Virus record (IMG/VR): IMGVR_UViG_3300030333_002313
Length of the DNA stretch: 62,563 nucleotides
Source: an uncultured virus (IMG/VR IMGVR_UViG_3300030333_002313)
Lineage: Duplodnaviria; Heunggongvirae; Uroviricota; Caudoviricetes
Strand: one strand, 5' to 3'
Positions 1 through 7,867 of the stretch are shown piece by piece; within the stretch, counting starts at the first letter, position 1; each line of letters starts with the position of its first letter. The position numbers and the translations under genes are program-made. Under the pieces are notes generated by a model. That model did no database searches and had not been told where the DNA came from. It saw nothing but the letters and a program-made list of their open reading frames with translations.

Positions 1-320
1 CTAGCACTGAAGGTTGAAGATGTAGTCTGAGCAGTATCAATTCCATTCTTTAGCGAGGTTGAGTTCGCACGAATAACTTTTAATGTACCGCCGTACAATA
101 GGAACTGAGCAGCGTTGTACCAGTACTCGTAGTTGTAATCGTTAGGTCTGCCAAATACAGATAGCAACTCCTTCTCAGAAGTAATATCTACTATCTTATT
201 GACTGGACCCTTTTCAAAGGAACCTACTACCACCGCAACATTATCAAGAGTAGCATTAGCTACCGTAGTGAGATCCTTTTCAAGTACAACAACCCCTGGC
301 GAAAGTTGGGTGGATGCCAT
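1..320 (-). CDS. g18: Tail sheath protein gp18, N-terminal part (runs off left edge)
   Basis: Manual translation from ATG at 320: MASTQLSPGVVVLEKDLT...VGSFEKGPVN...SEKELLSVFGRP...YWYNAAQFLLYGGTLKVIRA, a typical T4-like sheath N-terminus. Follows g17, with an AGGAG RBS upstream. Confidence 0.95.
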   Translation of the reverse strand, partial: MASTQLSPGVVVLEKDLTTVANATLDNVAVVVGSFEKGPVNKIVDITSEKELLSVFGRPNDYNYEYWYNAAQFLLYGGTLKVIRANSTSLKNGIDTAQTTSSTFSA

Positions 321-362
321 TGTTTAAATCTCCTTGAAAAATCTATCAATTAGTCTTGAAAT

Positions 363-369
363 TATTTAT
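363..369 (-). promoter_or_regulatory. T4-type late promoter (ATAAATA) for g18
   Basis: ATAAATA on the minus strand in the g17-g18 intergenic gap, about 43 nt upstream of the ATG. Confidence 0.75.
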
Positions 370-382
370 GATTCCCTCTGTT

Positions 383-2035
383 TCAACGGTACTCCCACAT
401 AAATGCTCGGTCTCCATATTCATCTACGTGCCAGCGATCTCCGTCTCCATCTACAAATGATTCATCATCCATACCGTCATTAATGAAACCAAATGGAGCC
501 ATATCAGCATCTATTGCTTCTCTCTGTTCTTCATACATTCTCTTACGAACATCATTGTCGTGAAGTTCTTTAAAATAATCCTGTACAGATAACCACGCAA
601 ATAAAACCAGACACATTGCAATGTCATCGTGGCATCCTTCTTCTGCTTGCCAAGACTGACCCTTTTGAATGAATGTGGTTAGTTCAGCGATAGTATCATA
701 ATCATTAATAAGTATCTTATCGTCTTCTATCAATCCTTTAAGGTTAGAACATCCTACCTTCTTTACAGTAGAACTCATCTTAACACCAAGTTGTACCTTA
801 CCACCTGAGAACCCTTGACCAACTACCTGACCAGCACGTCCCCTCATAGCACACATCAATAAGTTTTCATATTCCAAATCATACTGAACTATGTCTGCTA
901 CCTGTGCACCAACGTCATTAACTTCAATTAATATGTACGCTTCATTATATCCCTTAGCAACTTCAACAATAATATCTGGGAAGATAAGGGGTTTAATTGT
1001 ATTGTTCCTATACTTAGCAACTAATTTATAAGGAATCGTAGTAGTATCAAATACAGTGAAAGCACTATAGTCTCCATCGATACCTCTCGCCACATCAACT
1101 GTGATTGTATAATTATGTTCAGGGATAGGGTCTTCATAAACGTCAAGTCCTTTGTTACTGGTTATAGGATCATCATAGGCTAATGCTCTTAGTTTAGATG
1201 CTGATATTAATGTGTCAACAGATCCTAGGAATTCACATTCGAACTCAACTCTGAATTGTTGCTCTGATGTATTACGTATAGTTTGTTCTTTCCATTCAGC
1301 ATCTCTGCCTGGAACCTGAGACCAATGTACCTCAGTATGTGTGTATTCATTCGTACCACGCTCTGCATCGTGCCAGAGCTTGTAGAACATATTCATCCCG
1401 TGAGGGGTAGAAATGATAATAACTTTAGTTGACTTACCAGAAGATATAGTAGGATACACAGAACTAAAAAACTGCTCTGCAATATTATTCGGAACGAATG
1501 CGAATTCGTCCAAAAATATAACGTTAAAGGACATACCCCTAACAGCACTAGCACTAGTACTTGCAGCCAAGAGACGGCTTCCGTTCTCCAATTCCACTGA
1601 CCCTTTGTTCCAGCCAATAATACCTTGCTGCATCCATTTAGGAAGATTCTCATAAGAAAGTTGTAGGCGACCCAACATTTCTCTTGCAGTGGCTGCTTTG
1701 TTTGCGAGGATTGCGACGTTGACATTAGGATTAAAAATTACATACCAAAGTAGATACGATGTTACAACTGTTGATTTACCAGACTGTCTTGGAAGCTTAG
1801 CAATATTGAATCGTTTGTTATGGAAACGATTCACCATATCCTCTTGGAAATCATAGAGGTTAAATGGGATAACACCCTCATCCAAAGAAACGATCTTGAT
1901 ATACTTCTTAATAAAGTAGATTGGATCTTTGCTGCACTTAATAAACTCCTTCACCTGTTTAGGTGTGAAGTTTGTGGCAACGTTTGCTTTCTTTAGATTC
2001 GGGTTACCAAGATATATCTGGTTCTCTGCTGCCAT
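383..2035 (-). CDS. g17: Terminase large subunit gp17
   Basis: YLGNPNLKKAN N-terminus, Walker A PRQSGKST, Walker B IFLDEFAF, IIISTPHG coupling motif, RNase H-like nuclease motifs DVARG and HDD. Confidence 0.98.
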   Translation of the reverse strand: MAAENQIYLGNPNLKKANVATNFTPKQVKEFIKCSKDPIYFIKKYIKIVSLDEGVIPFNLYDFQEDMVNRFHNKRFNIAKLPRQSGKSTVVTSYLLWYVIFNPNVNVAILANKAATAREMLGRLQLSYENLPKWMQQGIIGWNKGSVELENGSRLLAASTSASAVRGMSFNVIFLDEFAFVPNNIAEQFFSSVYPTISSGKSTKVIIISTPHGMNMFYKLWHDAERGTNEYTHTEVHWSQVPGRDAEWKEQTIRNTSEQQFRVEFECEFLGSVDTLISASKLRALAYDDPITSNKGLDVYEDPIPEHNYTITVDVARGIDGDYSAFTVFDTTTIPYKLVAKYRNNTIKPLIFPDIIVEVAKGYNEAYILIEVNDVGAQVADIVQYDLEYENLLMCAMRGRAGQVVGQGFSGGKVQLGVKMSSTVKKVGCSNLKGLIEDDKILINDYDTIAELTTFIQKGQSWQAEEGCHDDIAMCLVLFAWLSVQDYFKELHDNDVRKRMYEEQREAIDADMAPFGFINDGMDDESFVDGDGDRWHVDEYGDRAFMWEYR

Positions 2036-2361
2036 TACTTAACGTGTATAACTCCTCTCATTCCAGCACCTGCGTGAGGTGCACAAAAGAAATTATAATC
2101 GCCTGGATCAGCGAAAGTAATTTCCTGTGATTCACCTGGACTAAACATTAAAGATTCTCTTGATAGATCTTCTCTACCATCAACTATGATGTTGTGAGGA
2201 GGTAGTTCTCCATTTACAAACTTAACTGTATCACCTGCATCTATAGTTACTTCATCAGGTGCGAAGATTAAATTACCACCTGATCCCATAGTGATCTCTA
2301 CTGCATTAACTTGTGACACTGCTAAGAAGATAGCAGCAAGGAAAGCGATTAATGATTTCAT
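2035..2361 (-). CDS. petE: Plastocyanin (auxiliary metabolic gene)
   Basis: Signal peptide, MGSGGNLIFAP, type-1 Cu ligands PPHN and FCAPHAGAGM (C-x2-H-x4-M). Confidence 0.95.
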   Translation of the reverse strand: MKSLIAFLAAIFLAVSQVNAVEITMGSGGNLIFAPDEVTIDAGDTVKFVNGELPPHNIIVDGREDLSRESLMFSPGESQEITFADPGDYNFFCAPHAGAGMRGVIHVK

Positions 2362-2907
2362 TTAGAATGGTCCTGCAATGTTAGATGTACCTGTTCCACC
2401 CACGAAGCCATCACCAACTTCAGGAAGTGGATCACCTTCTGTCGGTTCTTCAACGAGTGTACCTAACTTTCTACGTATTACTTTTAATTCTTCGAAGTTC
2501 TTATTCTTTGAACCACCATCATATTCCCAAGCATATCCTTCTTCGATCATCTGTTCATTTAGGGATACATCATCATCGCCAATATATAACCAACCCAGAA
2601 GTCTACCGTACTTACCCATACCACCGACTAGTTCGGTTCTAATGGTAAGTTCATCGTCTCCTTTAATTGTATCTTCTAAAGTTCCTTTGAGCCAGTTTGT
2701 TGCATCTATTCCCAGTGCCTTCTCTTCAAGGTCTCTTGTTCTCTTCTCTGGCGTATCAATTCCTGCAACTCTAACTCTTTCTTTCTTGTATAAGTCAAAC
2801 CCAAGATCAATGGTGACATCAATAGTATCGCCGTCAACAACACGGTTAATCTCCGTTACTCTAAAGTTATAGCAGCTCTTTCTGCTTGGTGGTGTCATCT
2901 TGCCCAT
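2362..2907 (-). CDS. SNase/thermonuclease-like endonuclease
   Basis: RVVDGDTIDV, RVRVAGIDTPE, KYGRLLG and LNEQMIEEGYAWEY motifs of the staphylococcal nuclease fold. Confidence 0.9.
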   Translation of the reverse strand: MGKMTPPSRKSCYNFRVTEINRVVDGDTIDVTIDLGFDLYKKERVRVAGIDTPEKRTRDLEEKALGIDATNWLKGTLEDTIKGDDELTIRTELVGGMGKYGRLLGWLYIGDDDVSLNEQMIEEGYAWEYDGGSKNKNFEELKVIRRKLGTLVEEPTEGDPLPEVGDGFVGGTGTSNIAGPF

Positions 2908-3007
2908 AATTAGGATACCAATTATCGTACTGAAATATGTATACGATTACTACACCTACTGCAATAAGTAGGATAGCAATCATCCAAATAACTGACCAAA
3001 CAATCAT
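2867..3007 (-). CDS. Small single-pass membrane protein (46 aa; not in ORF track)
   Basis: Manual translation MIVWSVIWMIAILLIAVGVVIVYIFQYDNWYPNYGQDDTTKQKELL. ATG directly abuts the upstream TAA, and the 3' end overlaps the nuclease start. Confidence 0.65.
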   Translation of the reverse strand: MIVWSVIWMIAILLIAVGVVIVYIFQYDNWYPNYGQDDTTKQKELL

Positions 3008-3088
3008 TTATAGATATGCGAAGGTTGAAAGATTGACTAATGCTATGAAGATAGCCGTCCATACGTATAGACGGATTAACCATACCAT
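3008..3088 (-). CDS. Putative 26-aa hydrophobic peptide (not in ORF track)
   Basis: MVWLIRLYVWTAIFIALVNLSTFAYL, just downstream of an ATAAATA motif. Its stop abuts the next ATG. Confidence 0.45.
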   Translation of the reverse strand: MVWLIRLYVWTAIFIALVNLSTFAYL

Positions 3089-3110
3089 ACGAACCTATGC
3101 AATTTGTAGG

Positions 3111-3117
3111 TATTTAT
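3111..3117 (-). promoter_or_regulatory. Late promoter (ATAAATA) for small membrane ORFs, nuclease, petE and g17
   Basis: ATAAATA on the minus strand at the head of a tightly coupled run of ORFs. Confidence 0.6.
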
Positions 3118-3142
3118 TCGTAGGCATAAATTTTTATTAAAT

Positions 3143-3158
3143 TGTATCAGTAAATACA
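3143..3158. promoter_or_regulatory. Putative NtcA-type palindromic box TGTA-N8-TACA
   Basis: TGTATCAGTAAATACA in the divergent intergenic region. Confidence 0.5.
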
Positions 3159-3170
3159 GACACTTTTTGT

Positions 3171-3177
3171 CTAAATA
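3171..3177 (+). promoter_or_regulatory. Late-promoter-like CTAAATA for the plus-strand peptide
   Basis: CTAAATA about 70 nt upstream of ATG 3248. Confidence 0.5.
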
Positions 3178-3202
3178 ATGGTAGACTTGGAGAGAACAAG
3201 AT

Positions 3203-3216
3203 GTAACCAAAGTTAC
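3203..3216. promoter_or_regulatory. Second GTA-N8-TAC box
   Basis: GTAACCAAAGTTAC with GTAAC/GTTAC arms, in the leader of the plus-strand ORF. Confidence 0.35.
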
Positions 3217-3247
3217 TTTGTTATGTTGTCCAGTTTAGGAGAAATCT

Positions 3248-3406
3248 ATGTCGAATACTATCCTCAGTTTTAATCAGATGGCAGAATGGAATCAGCACGC
3301 AGATACCTCAACCCAGAGGAATATAGACGATTACTTTGACTGTCTGATCGAATGCGAGGATGAACACGCTAGTTGTAAACGTATCTGCAGGGAAGTCCTT
3401 GCATAG
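3248..3406 (+). CDS. 52-aa four-cysteine small protein (not in ORF track)
   Basis: MSNTILSFNQMAEWNQHADTSTQRNIDDYFDCLIECEDEHASCKRICREVLA, with C-x3-C-x6-C-x3-C. AGGAG RBS upstream and a terminator downstream. Confidence 0.85.
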   Translation: MSNTILSFNQMAEWNQHADTSTQRNIDDYFDCLIECEDEHASCKRICREVLA

Positions 3407-3430
3407 ATCTAATCTAGTCTAAAATTTACC

Positions 3431-3462
3431 AAAAAAAAGAGACCCTATTTAGGGTCTTTTTT
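3431..3462. terminator. Bidirectional intrinsic terminator
   Basis: A-tract, hairpin AGACCCT-ATTT-AGGGTCT (3440-3457), then T-tract, between convergent genes. Confidence 0.85.
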
Positions 3463-3666
3463 ATTGTCTTGTGAATGTATTGGTGGACCTAAAGTCTTGT
3501 ACTCGAGCTGTTGACGCAAAAAAACAACTTCTGCTTTGAGTACGTCTTTCTCTTGTTCAAGTCTTACGATCTCTTCTTGGTAGATTTGAATCATATCTTG
3601 GAGTTTGTAGTTCTCTTCAGTAAGTTCATATAAGCTTTTGATCTCCTCGAACGCCATAATAGGCAC
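3445..3666 (-). CDS. Small coiled-coil hypothetical protein
   Basis: 73-aa ORF with a heptad-like E/K/L pattern. ATG at 3657 may be the true start. Confidence 0.7.
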   Translation of the reverse strand: MPIMAFEEIKSLYELTEENYKLQDMIQIYQEEIVRLEQEKDVLKAEVVFLRQQLEYKTLGPPIHSQDNKKDPK

Positions 3667-3697
3667 CCATATAGTTATTTAAACATTTAATGTTCTC

Positions 3698-3916
3698 TTA
3701 ATAGAATCTAGGAACAGGTGATCTAAGTTCTAGTTCGATAGAATCGAACAATCTATTAAGTGAATTAGCATAAGATCTGTACCCAGATCCTACGTATAGT
3801 TGACCTGCAACTACTGAGACTGTAGCTATACCCCAAAAGATATAGTAAAATTTACTCTTAACTTGGTTGCGTCTCTTCTCCCAAGCAGGTGGTGGTGATT
3901 GATAAGTCATAATCAA
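3698..3916 (-). CDS. Small membrane protein, picocyanobacteria/cyanophage-type hypothetical
   Basis: One TM segment (FYYIFWGIATVSVVAGQLYVG). Start overlaps the upstream stop. Confidence 0.8.
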   Translation of the reverse strand: MIMTYQSPPPAWEKRRNQVKSKFYYIFWGIATVSVVAGQLYVGSGYRSYANSLNRLFDSIELELRSPVPRFY

Positions 3917-4227
3917 ATTTTAGGAATGTAACCTTTAGCTTGTTGAACTAATGGTAAAACGTCTTGTTCAACTTTCTCTATTATATCATCAATCACGTTA
4001 ACATCCAAATCCATAAAGGGTGGAATGATACCAAGGATCCTTAATAGACCATCAATGAATAGTGCCAGACAAGTAAAACCGAGAATCATACTAATAATAG
4101 TAGCTTCTCGGTTATGTTTAGCCATAATAGCTTCATCCATTTCGTGTGCTTCAGCAACAGCAGCGTGGATAAGCATATCGACTTGTTCTTTTGTGTAGAA
4201 CTTTTCTGGATTTTTGTCTGGACTCAT
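3913..4227 (-). CDS. Membrane protein, picocyanobacteria/cyanophage-type hypothetical
   Basis: HNREATIISMILGFTCLALFIDGLLRILGIIPPF hydrophobic segment, preceded by CTAAATA. Confidence 0.8.
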   Translation of the reverse strand: MSPDKNPEKFYTKEQVDMLIHAAVAEAHEMDEAIMAKHNREATIISMILGFTCLALFIDGLLRILGIIPPFMDLDVNVIDDIIEKVEQDVLPLVQQAKGYIPKI

Positions 4228-4234
4228 AATAAAG

Positions 4235-4241
4235 TATTTAG
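4235..4241 (-). promoter_or_regulatory. Late-promoter-like CTAAATA
   Basis: Motif in a short intergenic gap, 7 nt upstream of ATG 4227. Confidence 0.5.
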
Positions 4242-4250
4242 TTCAGAGTG

Positions 4251-4400
4251 CTACAAAAGGATAGCACCAATGATGAAACCCTTACCAAAGGCAAGGCATA
4301 ACATCTGATAATCAGTTAAGTTAAATTTAGTTTGAATCTTTTTAGCAAGTGCTTTGTCCCACTCCTTAATCTTAACAGCAATTTCTTTTACTTTGTTCAT
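4251..4400 (-). CDS. 49-aa protein with C-terminal hydrophobic anchor (not in ORF track)
   Basis: MNKVKEIAVKIKEWDKALAKKIQTKFNLTDYQMLCLAFGKGFIIGAILL, with a TAATG stop/start overlap with the upstream ORF. Confidence 0.8.
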   Translation of the reverse strand: MNKVKEIAVKIKEWDKALAKKIQTKFNLTDYQMLCLAFGKGFIIGAILL

Positions 4401-4543
4401 TACTCTGTTCCTATAGGTCCGTTTCTTTTGTTATTGTTTGGGTTACGAGCACAATTCATCTCGTGCCTATGCAACCACTTCTCTGGATTAGGTTTTGTAC
4501 TAGGAACAATAAGTCCACAGTATTTACATTTTAGTAACTCCAT
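4400..4543 (-). CDS. 47-aa C2HC zinc-finger-like protein (not in ORF track)
   Basis: MELLKCKYCGLIVPSTKPNPEKWLHRHEMNCARNPNNNKRNGPIGTE, with CxxC...H-x3-C. Coupled to both neighbours. Confidence 0.75.
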   Translation of the reverse strand: MELLKCKYCGLIVPSTKPNPEKWLHRHEMNCARNPNNNKRNGPIGTE

Positions 4544-4751
4544 CGTTCCACTCCTTAAAAGATGATTGGCAATCAGGTGGTTCAGGGTCTTTATAACCCT
4601 TCATTTTTTTCCACTTGTTATATATGGCACCCATATGCCAAGACTGTGCAAGACTTTTAGGTCCATCAATCAACAATTTTAACTCAGGTCCACTAGCGTA
4701 GGCTTGCATTTCCTCTCGCCAGTTGGAGTCATCGTAATCTTTAGTTGTCAT
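4524..4751 (-). CDS. Hypothetical cyanophage protein (75 aa)
   Basis: Likely start MTTKDYDDSNWREE at 4751. The ORF-track extension to 4880 overlaps the upstream gene. Confidence 0.75.
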   Translation of the reverse strand: MTTKDYDDSNWREEMQAYASGPELKLLIDGPKSLAQSWHMGAIYNKWKKMKGYKDPEPPDCQSSFKEWNDGVTKM

Positions 4752-5247
4752 AGTGTAGTTTTTGGTCTTTGACCTTTTTGGGTAGTTTACCAGATCGCAC
4801 GTTGGTAGAAGATGTTTCACCATATCCACCTGGATGCTTACCAGCTTTTGTCTTACCGATAGACTCGGATTTCTTACCACTCTTATCAGTATAATGTAAT
4901 TTGGCTGATTTGTCTTTATCCTTTGTAATCACAGACTCTTGTCCGTGTTTTCTACCGAGTCGCCTGGTTAGTTTTCCGAAACGTCTCTTAGACATTTTAT
5001 CAGGTTTTGTGGTATGGTATGACACCTCTGTGCCAGTTTTTCCATCGTCATACTTGTACTGTCCCACACCCTTCTTATATCCGATACCCTTCTTCTTGAG
5101 ATCCTTCTCTAATCCTTTACGCTTCTCACGGTTCTTTCCTTCGTCAGAACCCCTATCAGCACTGATATGTCCAGTAACTTTTGTCTTAGATTTACTGATA
5201 GCACGGGCTAAACCACCCTCAGCAATGAATTCTTTAAAGGATAACAT
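4741..5247 (-). CDS. Basic hypothetical protein with MLSFKEFIAE leader (possible head-internal protein)
   Basis: K/R-rich. The N-terminal M-x-SF-x-EF-x-x-E resembles capsid-targeting/prohead-protease-cleaved leaders of T4-like internal proteins. Confidence 0.75.
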   Translation of the reverse strand: MLSFKEFIAEGGLARAISKSKTKVTGHISADRGSDEGKNREKRKGLEKDLKKKGIGYKKGVGQYKYDDGKTGTEVSYHTTKPDKMSKRRFGKLTRRLGRKHGQESVITKDKDKSAKLHYTDKSGKKSESIGKTKAGKHPGGYGETSSTNVRSGKLPKKVKDQKLHYDN

Positions 5248-5248
5248 C

Positions 5249-5788
5249 TTACCCACCTACAATTTGTACTTGCTCCACCACAACGTCAGCAGATCCTGCA
5301 GTGAGTTTGACAGTTTTCTGAAGTTGAGGAACTGTGTTAGCTGCTAGGTCATCGGCACTTAATGCGTATGCTGAACCAGCACTTGAAGCATTGATATCTG
5401 TTGTTATTGTAGTGTTAGTAACAGCAGTAACTTTCTTACCACCAGAAGCAGCAGATTCAAATGCAGCAACAAACCCATCGGTGTCACCACCATCTACAGT
5501 TTGAATATAATCATCAACTGCAAACGTGTGACGCTTACCAGCACCTACACCACCTACAGTTAATACTGAACCATTTGCATTGGTAGCAGCAGTGATAGAT
5601 ACATTCTTAGACTTCCCAACTGAGAGAAGAAGTGCTTCACCAGCAGCAAGTGTGATTGCAGGACCAGCATCAAACTGTATTGAGGAAGCTGAAGCAGCGT
5701 ATGCACGAACGATGCCAGACTTTACCACAATGTATGCGGTTCCTGAACCACTCACTGTCTGAGTATCTAATACATTTAAGACTGACAT
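5249..5788 (-). CDS. Hypothetical (probably virion structural) protein
   Basis: 179-aa A/G/S/T/V-rich beta protein directly after g16, with its own late promoter and AAGGA RBS. Confidence 0.8.
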   Translation of the reverse strand: MSVLNVLDTQTVSGSGTAYIVVKSGIVRAYAASASSIQFDAGPAITLAAGEALLLSVGKSKNVSITAATNANGSVLTVGGVGAGKRHTFAVDDYIQTVDGGDTDGFVAAFESAASGGKKVTAVTNTTITTDINASSAGSAYALSADDLAANTVPQLQKTVKLTAGSADVVVEQVQIVGG

Positions 5789-5812
5789 TGTGACTTGATT
5801 CCTTTTACTAGA

Positions 5813-6214
5813 CTATTTATCCTGTTGCGACTTCAGGAATTTTGCAAGATCTGCAGTAGAACCAACAAACATAGTATTGTTTGTAACGTTCTTCTGAGGG
5901 TTCGCTGGACCTTCTTCGACCTCTTGAAGTTTCTTTTGCAGATCCATTAACTTGTCAGTAGTATCTGCAATATTTTTAATCATATTACCTGCAACTTCGT
6001 ATGCTCTAGGTGAGTCAGACTCTTGTGCAAGTTCTAATATACCGTCAACAGCCTCCTGTCCCTTTTCAATAAGTGAATATAAATTTCCACGAGTATACTC
6101 ATAGTCCTTAGTAATCTGCTCAACCATAGCAGGTTTAACGACTTCAGTTTTCTCTTTGGGTACAATGGATGTGTTAACATCGAGGGCATCCTCAATGCCT
6201 TCATACATCGACAT
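5813..6214 (-). CDS. g16: Terminase small subunit gp16
   Basis: DYEYTRGNLYSLIEKGQEA, SPRAYEVAG and FVGSTADL motifs. True start is MSMYEG at 6214 (or 6208), overlapping the g15 stop. Confidence 0.93.
   Translation of the reverse strand: MSMYEGIEDALDVNTSIVPKEKTEVVKPAMVEQITKDYEYTRGNLYSLIEKGQEAVDGILELAQESDSPRAYEVAGNMIKNIADTTDKLMDLQKKLQEVEEGPANPQKNVTNNTMFVGSTADLAKFLKSQQDK
5814..5820 (-). promoter_or_regulatory. Late promoter (ATAAATA) overlapping g16 stop
   Basis: GATAAATAG on the minus strand, about 25 nt upstream of ATG 5788. Confidence 0.65.
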
Positions 6215-7001
6215 CGTTTCCTGTGACGGGATCTCTGGCTTTTGCATCTGTGAACTCACTGTAAATTTCATTAAATCCGAAGTTATCATCAGCCTCAGCA
6301 GTAATAGGATCTGGTGTGACTGTGTATCTAACTTCACGAGCAGCTGTTGTATCAACCTTAAGATGGGTGTCAACAATAGACTTCTTAATTAACTTATCAG
6401 TCGTGTCAGTAACAGGACCATATAGATAAGTCTTAGCGGTGAATGACAACGTATAGATTAATGTTCTACGTGTTGTGTAATCACCTTCATAATCATCCTC
6501 ATAATTAACTGAGTTAAGAGAGATGGGGAAGTCCTTCTTCTCACCAATAGCATCAACTAAGTTAATAGTGACGTTAAACATTGGTTGGAATACAGGAAGG
6601 ATCTGCTCAAGGATCTGGAGTCCATCATCCTGATTCTTTGATAATATAGCTAACTCAAAATCAACATTGTATGGTACTGGCATAAATGCCTTACGAGTTT
6701 TATCGTCTGTACCTACGTGTCTAATGACTTGAGTTGGTGATACCTTCCTTGAACTATCGTATGAGAATCCTGAGATCTCAAATGATATACGAGGTAAAGT
6801 AATTTGAACTTGCTTGTTATCAGCAGTACCAGACTGTGCTAAACGAGCTAGGAATTTATCCTTTGGACCATATGCCAAAGGCACTTTCATTACTTCTGTC
6901 TTAGAACCAGCAGTACGTTTCAATTCAATATTATTGAAGATAGTACCGAAGGCTATAACAGTCTTCCTGAAAATTTCATTGTATGTGTAAGTTCCTAACA
7001 T
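6201..7001 (-). CDS. g15: Tail sheath stabilizer/completion protein gp15
   Basis: FGTIFNNI, KVPLAYGPK, LPRISFE, PVPYN and QILEQILP motifs, plus synteny. Confidence 0.95.
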   Translation of the reverse strand: MLGTYTYNEIFRKTVIAFGTIFNNIELKRTAGSKTEVMKVPLAYGPKDKFLARLAQSGTADNKQVQITLPRISFEISGFSYDSSRKVSPTQVIRHVGTDDKTRKAFMPVPYNVDFELAILSKNQDDGLQILEQILPVFQPMFNVTINLVDAIGEKKDFPISLNSVNYEDDYEGDYTTRRTLIYTLSFTAKTYLYGPVTDTTDKLIKKSIVDTHLKVDTTAAREVRYTVTPDPITAEADDNFGFNEIYSEFTDAKARDPVTGNDVDV

Positions 7002-7867
7002 TAGTCTGCCTGTCCAATTTCACCGAATGGATTTCCTTGACTAAAGTCAAGTATGCCATCAGCCTGAGTCTCAAAGAAATCATTCTGATCGAACTCAGAG
7101 TTAGTATTATTTAGGGTATTATAGCTAGCAGTAGTCCAGGCAGCACCAGATGTCTGTCCAGTACAGGTTTCTGGAATTGTAAAGATACCTGTTCTGTTAT
7201 ATATTTGAAGTTGTCTATTTGTTGAATCCCAAGACTTAACTTCAGCAGTTACGTTAGATGTACCACCTGCAATTGTTTCACCAACAGTGAAGTCTCCTGT
7301 GCCACCTGTAGCAAAATTAATTGTGACAGTAGTAGCAAAGTTCCTCTCCACTTTATCGATAGCATCGACACCTGTATCGAAGTCCTCATCACTGTACTCA
7401 TATAGTTCACACTTCAGACCCCAAGTATGGATTTTACCCAACTGGAAGAAAGGTGTTTCATACTCTACGTATTGTATTTGAAATAACTTTTGTGCTAGAG
7501 GGAAGTAAACCAAGTCTCCTTCATTAGGTCTACCCTCTACAATTAGTGTTGTATTATCATCAACCAGTTCTGTGAACCTTTCTCGTGAGATAATAAAATT
7601 AACTTGATCAGATATCCTTACACCAAACTTACTGTATAGATCTCCATCTCCACCAAATCCTTGAACGTTCTCTAAGTATGCTTCTATCAAATAAGCATCA
7701 TCAAACTTAGATAATGAGTCCTCACCAAATGCAGGATCTTCATCCACGATGACACGTGGGATGTAATAAACATCCTGACCGAACATCTTGATTTGTTCTT
7801 TTACAAGTTCACCAACTAGGTTCTGTTCCCCAGAGGTTCCGTGTGTGAAGTAAGAATTAGTAGGCAT
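7001..7867 (-). CDS. g14: Neck protein gp14
   Basis: GQDVYYIPR, SKFG, RPNEGDLVYFP, PFFQLGK and C-terminal NPFGE motifs. Confidence 0.95.
   Translation of the reverse strand: MPTNSYFTHGTSGEQNLVGELVKEQIKMFGQDVYYIPRVIVDEDPAFGEDSLSKFDDAYLIEAYLENVQGFGGDGDLYSKFGVRISDQVNFIISRERFTELVDDNTTLIVEGRPNEGDLVYFPLAQKLFQIQYVEYETPFFQLGKIHTWGLKCELYEYSDEDFDTGVDAIDKVERNFATTVTINFATGGTGDFTVGETIAGGTSNVTAEVKSWDSTNRQLQIYNRTGIFTIPETCTGQTSGAAWTTASYNTLNNTNSEFDQNDFFETQADGILDFSQGNPFGEIGQAD

Noticed and set aside
383..2035. Intein or intron in terminase gp17
   Set aside because: The 550-aa ORF is continuous and of normal length, with no intein or homing-endonuclease motifs seen.
2937..3140. Plus-strand 67-aa ORF
   Set aside because: It is antisense to two coupled minus-strand membrane peptides that follow a late promoter, and has no recognisable features.
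4752..4880. N-terminal extension of the 4524-4880 ORF
   Set aside because: It overlaps the upstream gene. The ATG at 4751 is coupled to that gene's stop.
6215..6376. N-terminal extension of gp16 in the ORF track
   Set aside because: It overlaps g15 by over 170 nt from a non-ATG start. The ATG at 6214 gives a normal-sized, coupled gp16.
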